Origin: Minisyncoccota bacterium
GTDB taxonomy: Bacteria; Patescibacteriota; Minisyncoccia; Moranbacterales; UBA2206
NCBI GenBank assembly: GCA_031291955.1
Contig: JARLIA010000013.1
Span: 21,512-85,511, forward strand
Direction of reading: 5' to 3'
DNA: 64,000 bases
The stretch's first letter is position 1, and every line of letters begins with the position of its first letter. The position numbers were made by a program, and so were the translations under genes. The notes beneath the pieces were generated by a model that saw only the letters and a list, made by a program, of their open reading frames with translations, did no database searches and was not told the DNA's origin. This document shows positions 63,314 to 64,000 of this stretch, one piece after another.

Positions 63314-64000
63314 ATGTTTTTAGTCATTTATCGCACATTCAAGGAGAGTCTCACTAATTTTTGGCGGAACGGCTGGTTGTCGATCGCGGCGGTGAGCGTT
63401 CTTTTGCTGTCACTCTATGTCGTTGGGACGCTCTATGTCACGGTGGTCACCGCCGACAATGTTTTGGGGAGCGTCGAAAGTCGGATCAACATCAGCGTCT
63501 ATTTCAAATCGGACGCGACCGAAGATCAAATCATGCAGGCTAAAAGCCAATTGGAAAGCAACAATGAAGTTAAGTCGGTCGAATATATCTCCAAAGACCA
63601 AGCGCTTTCCGATTTCAAAGCCAGCAATGCCAATGAGCCGGTCATCATGCAGTCGCTTCAGGAAATCGGCGGCAATCCGCTTCTGGCGTCTTTAGTCATC
63701 AAAGCCAACGACCCGAATAACTATCAGGACATCGCCAATTATGTTTCCAGTGCTTCTTTCAAGGATCAGATCAGTCGGGTGAATTATGCCAAAAACAAGG
63801 ATGTTATCGATAATTTAAACAGCGTTGTGGGTCGCATCAAAAAAGTCGGCTCGATCCTGGCTATCATTTTTGGTGTCGTGTCTATTTTGATTATCTTCAA
63901 TACTATCCGCATCACGATCTACACTCATCGCCAGGAAATCGAAGTGATGCGTCTGGTGGGCGCGGGCAATACCTATATCCGCCTGCCGTTTCTTTTTGAG
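63314..64000 (+). CDS. ftsX: cell-division permease FtsX (3' end beyond window)
   Basis: ATG 4 bp after the ftsE stop; N-terminal TM, periplasmic domain, then the start of the C-terminal TM bundle (RLVGAGNTYIRLPFLFE). Not in the ORF track because no stop codon falls inside the window. Confidence 0.75.
   Translation, partial: MFLVIYRTFKESLTNFWRNGWLSIAAVSVLLLSLYVVGTLYVTVVTADNVLGSVESRINISVYFKSDATEDQIMQAKSQLESNNEVKSVEYISKDQALSDFKASNANEPVIMQSLQEIGGNPLLASLVIKANDPNNYQDIANYVSSASFKDQISRVNYAKNKDVIDNLNSVVGRIKKVGSILAIIFGVVSILIIFNTIRITIYTHRQEIEVMRLVGAGNTYIRLPFLFE

Noticed and set aside
1-64000. Alternative genetic code (UGA recoding, as in some Patescibacteria)
   Set aside because: prfB is present with the UGA-dependent autoregulatory frameshift site, and conserved genes such as glyA, lysS, rmlB and porA read through to normal stops without internal TGA. 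The standard bacterial code is assumed.

Overview
This 64-kb window looks like a small-genome, low-GC bacterium, most likely of the Candidate Phyla Radiation / Patescibacteria type. The evidence is many standalone glycosyltransferases, a canonical and a reversed rubrerythrin, a four-subunit pyruvate:ferredoxin oxidoreductase, NYN/HD/Nudix small genes and weak Shine-Dalgarno sites. The genetic code is standard: prfB carries the classic UGA-dependent +1 frameshift site.

The first ~35 kb is a cell-envelope glycan island on the + strand. It contains, in order:
- a ugd 3' fragment and a GT4 gene;
- a flippase-like membrane protein;
- a GH28-like beta-helix protein;
- a distant GT-C glycosyltransferase;
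- a striking tandem array of six paralogous GT-C (ArnT/PMT-like) membrane glycosyltransferases, one of them frameshifted at a G6 homopolymer;
- a processive GT2 synthase with two CE4 deacetylases and lectin-like jelly-roll proteins;
- a Wzz-like protein and a DUF4012 protein;
- rmlC-rmlB-rmlA;
- three more glycosyltransferases.

Also embedded in the island, between the GT-C genes, are:
- rubrerythrin;
- an AbrB-like small protein adjacent to an AlbA_2/HATPase_c_4 (Schlafen-like) protein;
- a YqjD/YqjE-like pair.

The remaining ~29 kb is mostly housekeeping, with a few standalone regulatory sites in between:
- RmuC, a membrane GT2 and a WecA/MraY-like transferase;
- prfA-prmC;
- an MGMT-like protein;
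- rmlD (with a Cys4 insertion) next to a SemiSWEET-like transporter;
- glyA, lysS and a Nudix-HD-NYN trio;
- a MacB-type ABC transporter with two permeases;
- a purM-like gene, a DsbA-like protein and porCDAB;
- a reverse rubrerythrin;
- prfB with programmed +1 frameshift;
- ftsE and ftsX.

The most unusual item is at 60492..60707 on the - strand. A complete tRNA-Thr(CGU) gene sits inside the anticodon loop of a second tRNA-Thr(CGU) copy that is split into halves. That outer copy also carries a 36-nt hairpin insertion in its D-loop.

Other notable items:
- three copies of the palindrome TTACGTAA at 12-bp spacing;
- arrays of a TTAGCA/TGCTAA hexamer and a recurrent TGCTAAWAT extended -10-like motif;
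- a 560-bp AT-rich non-coding region with a perfect DnaA box next to a 34-aa lysine-rich micro-ORF.

No CRISPR arrays, rRNA genes or obvious transposases were seen.
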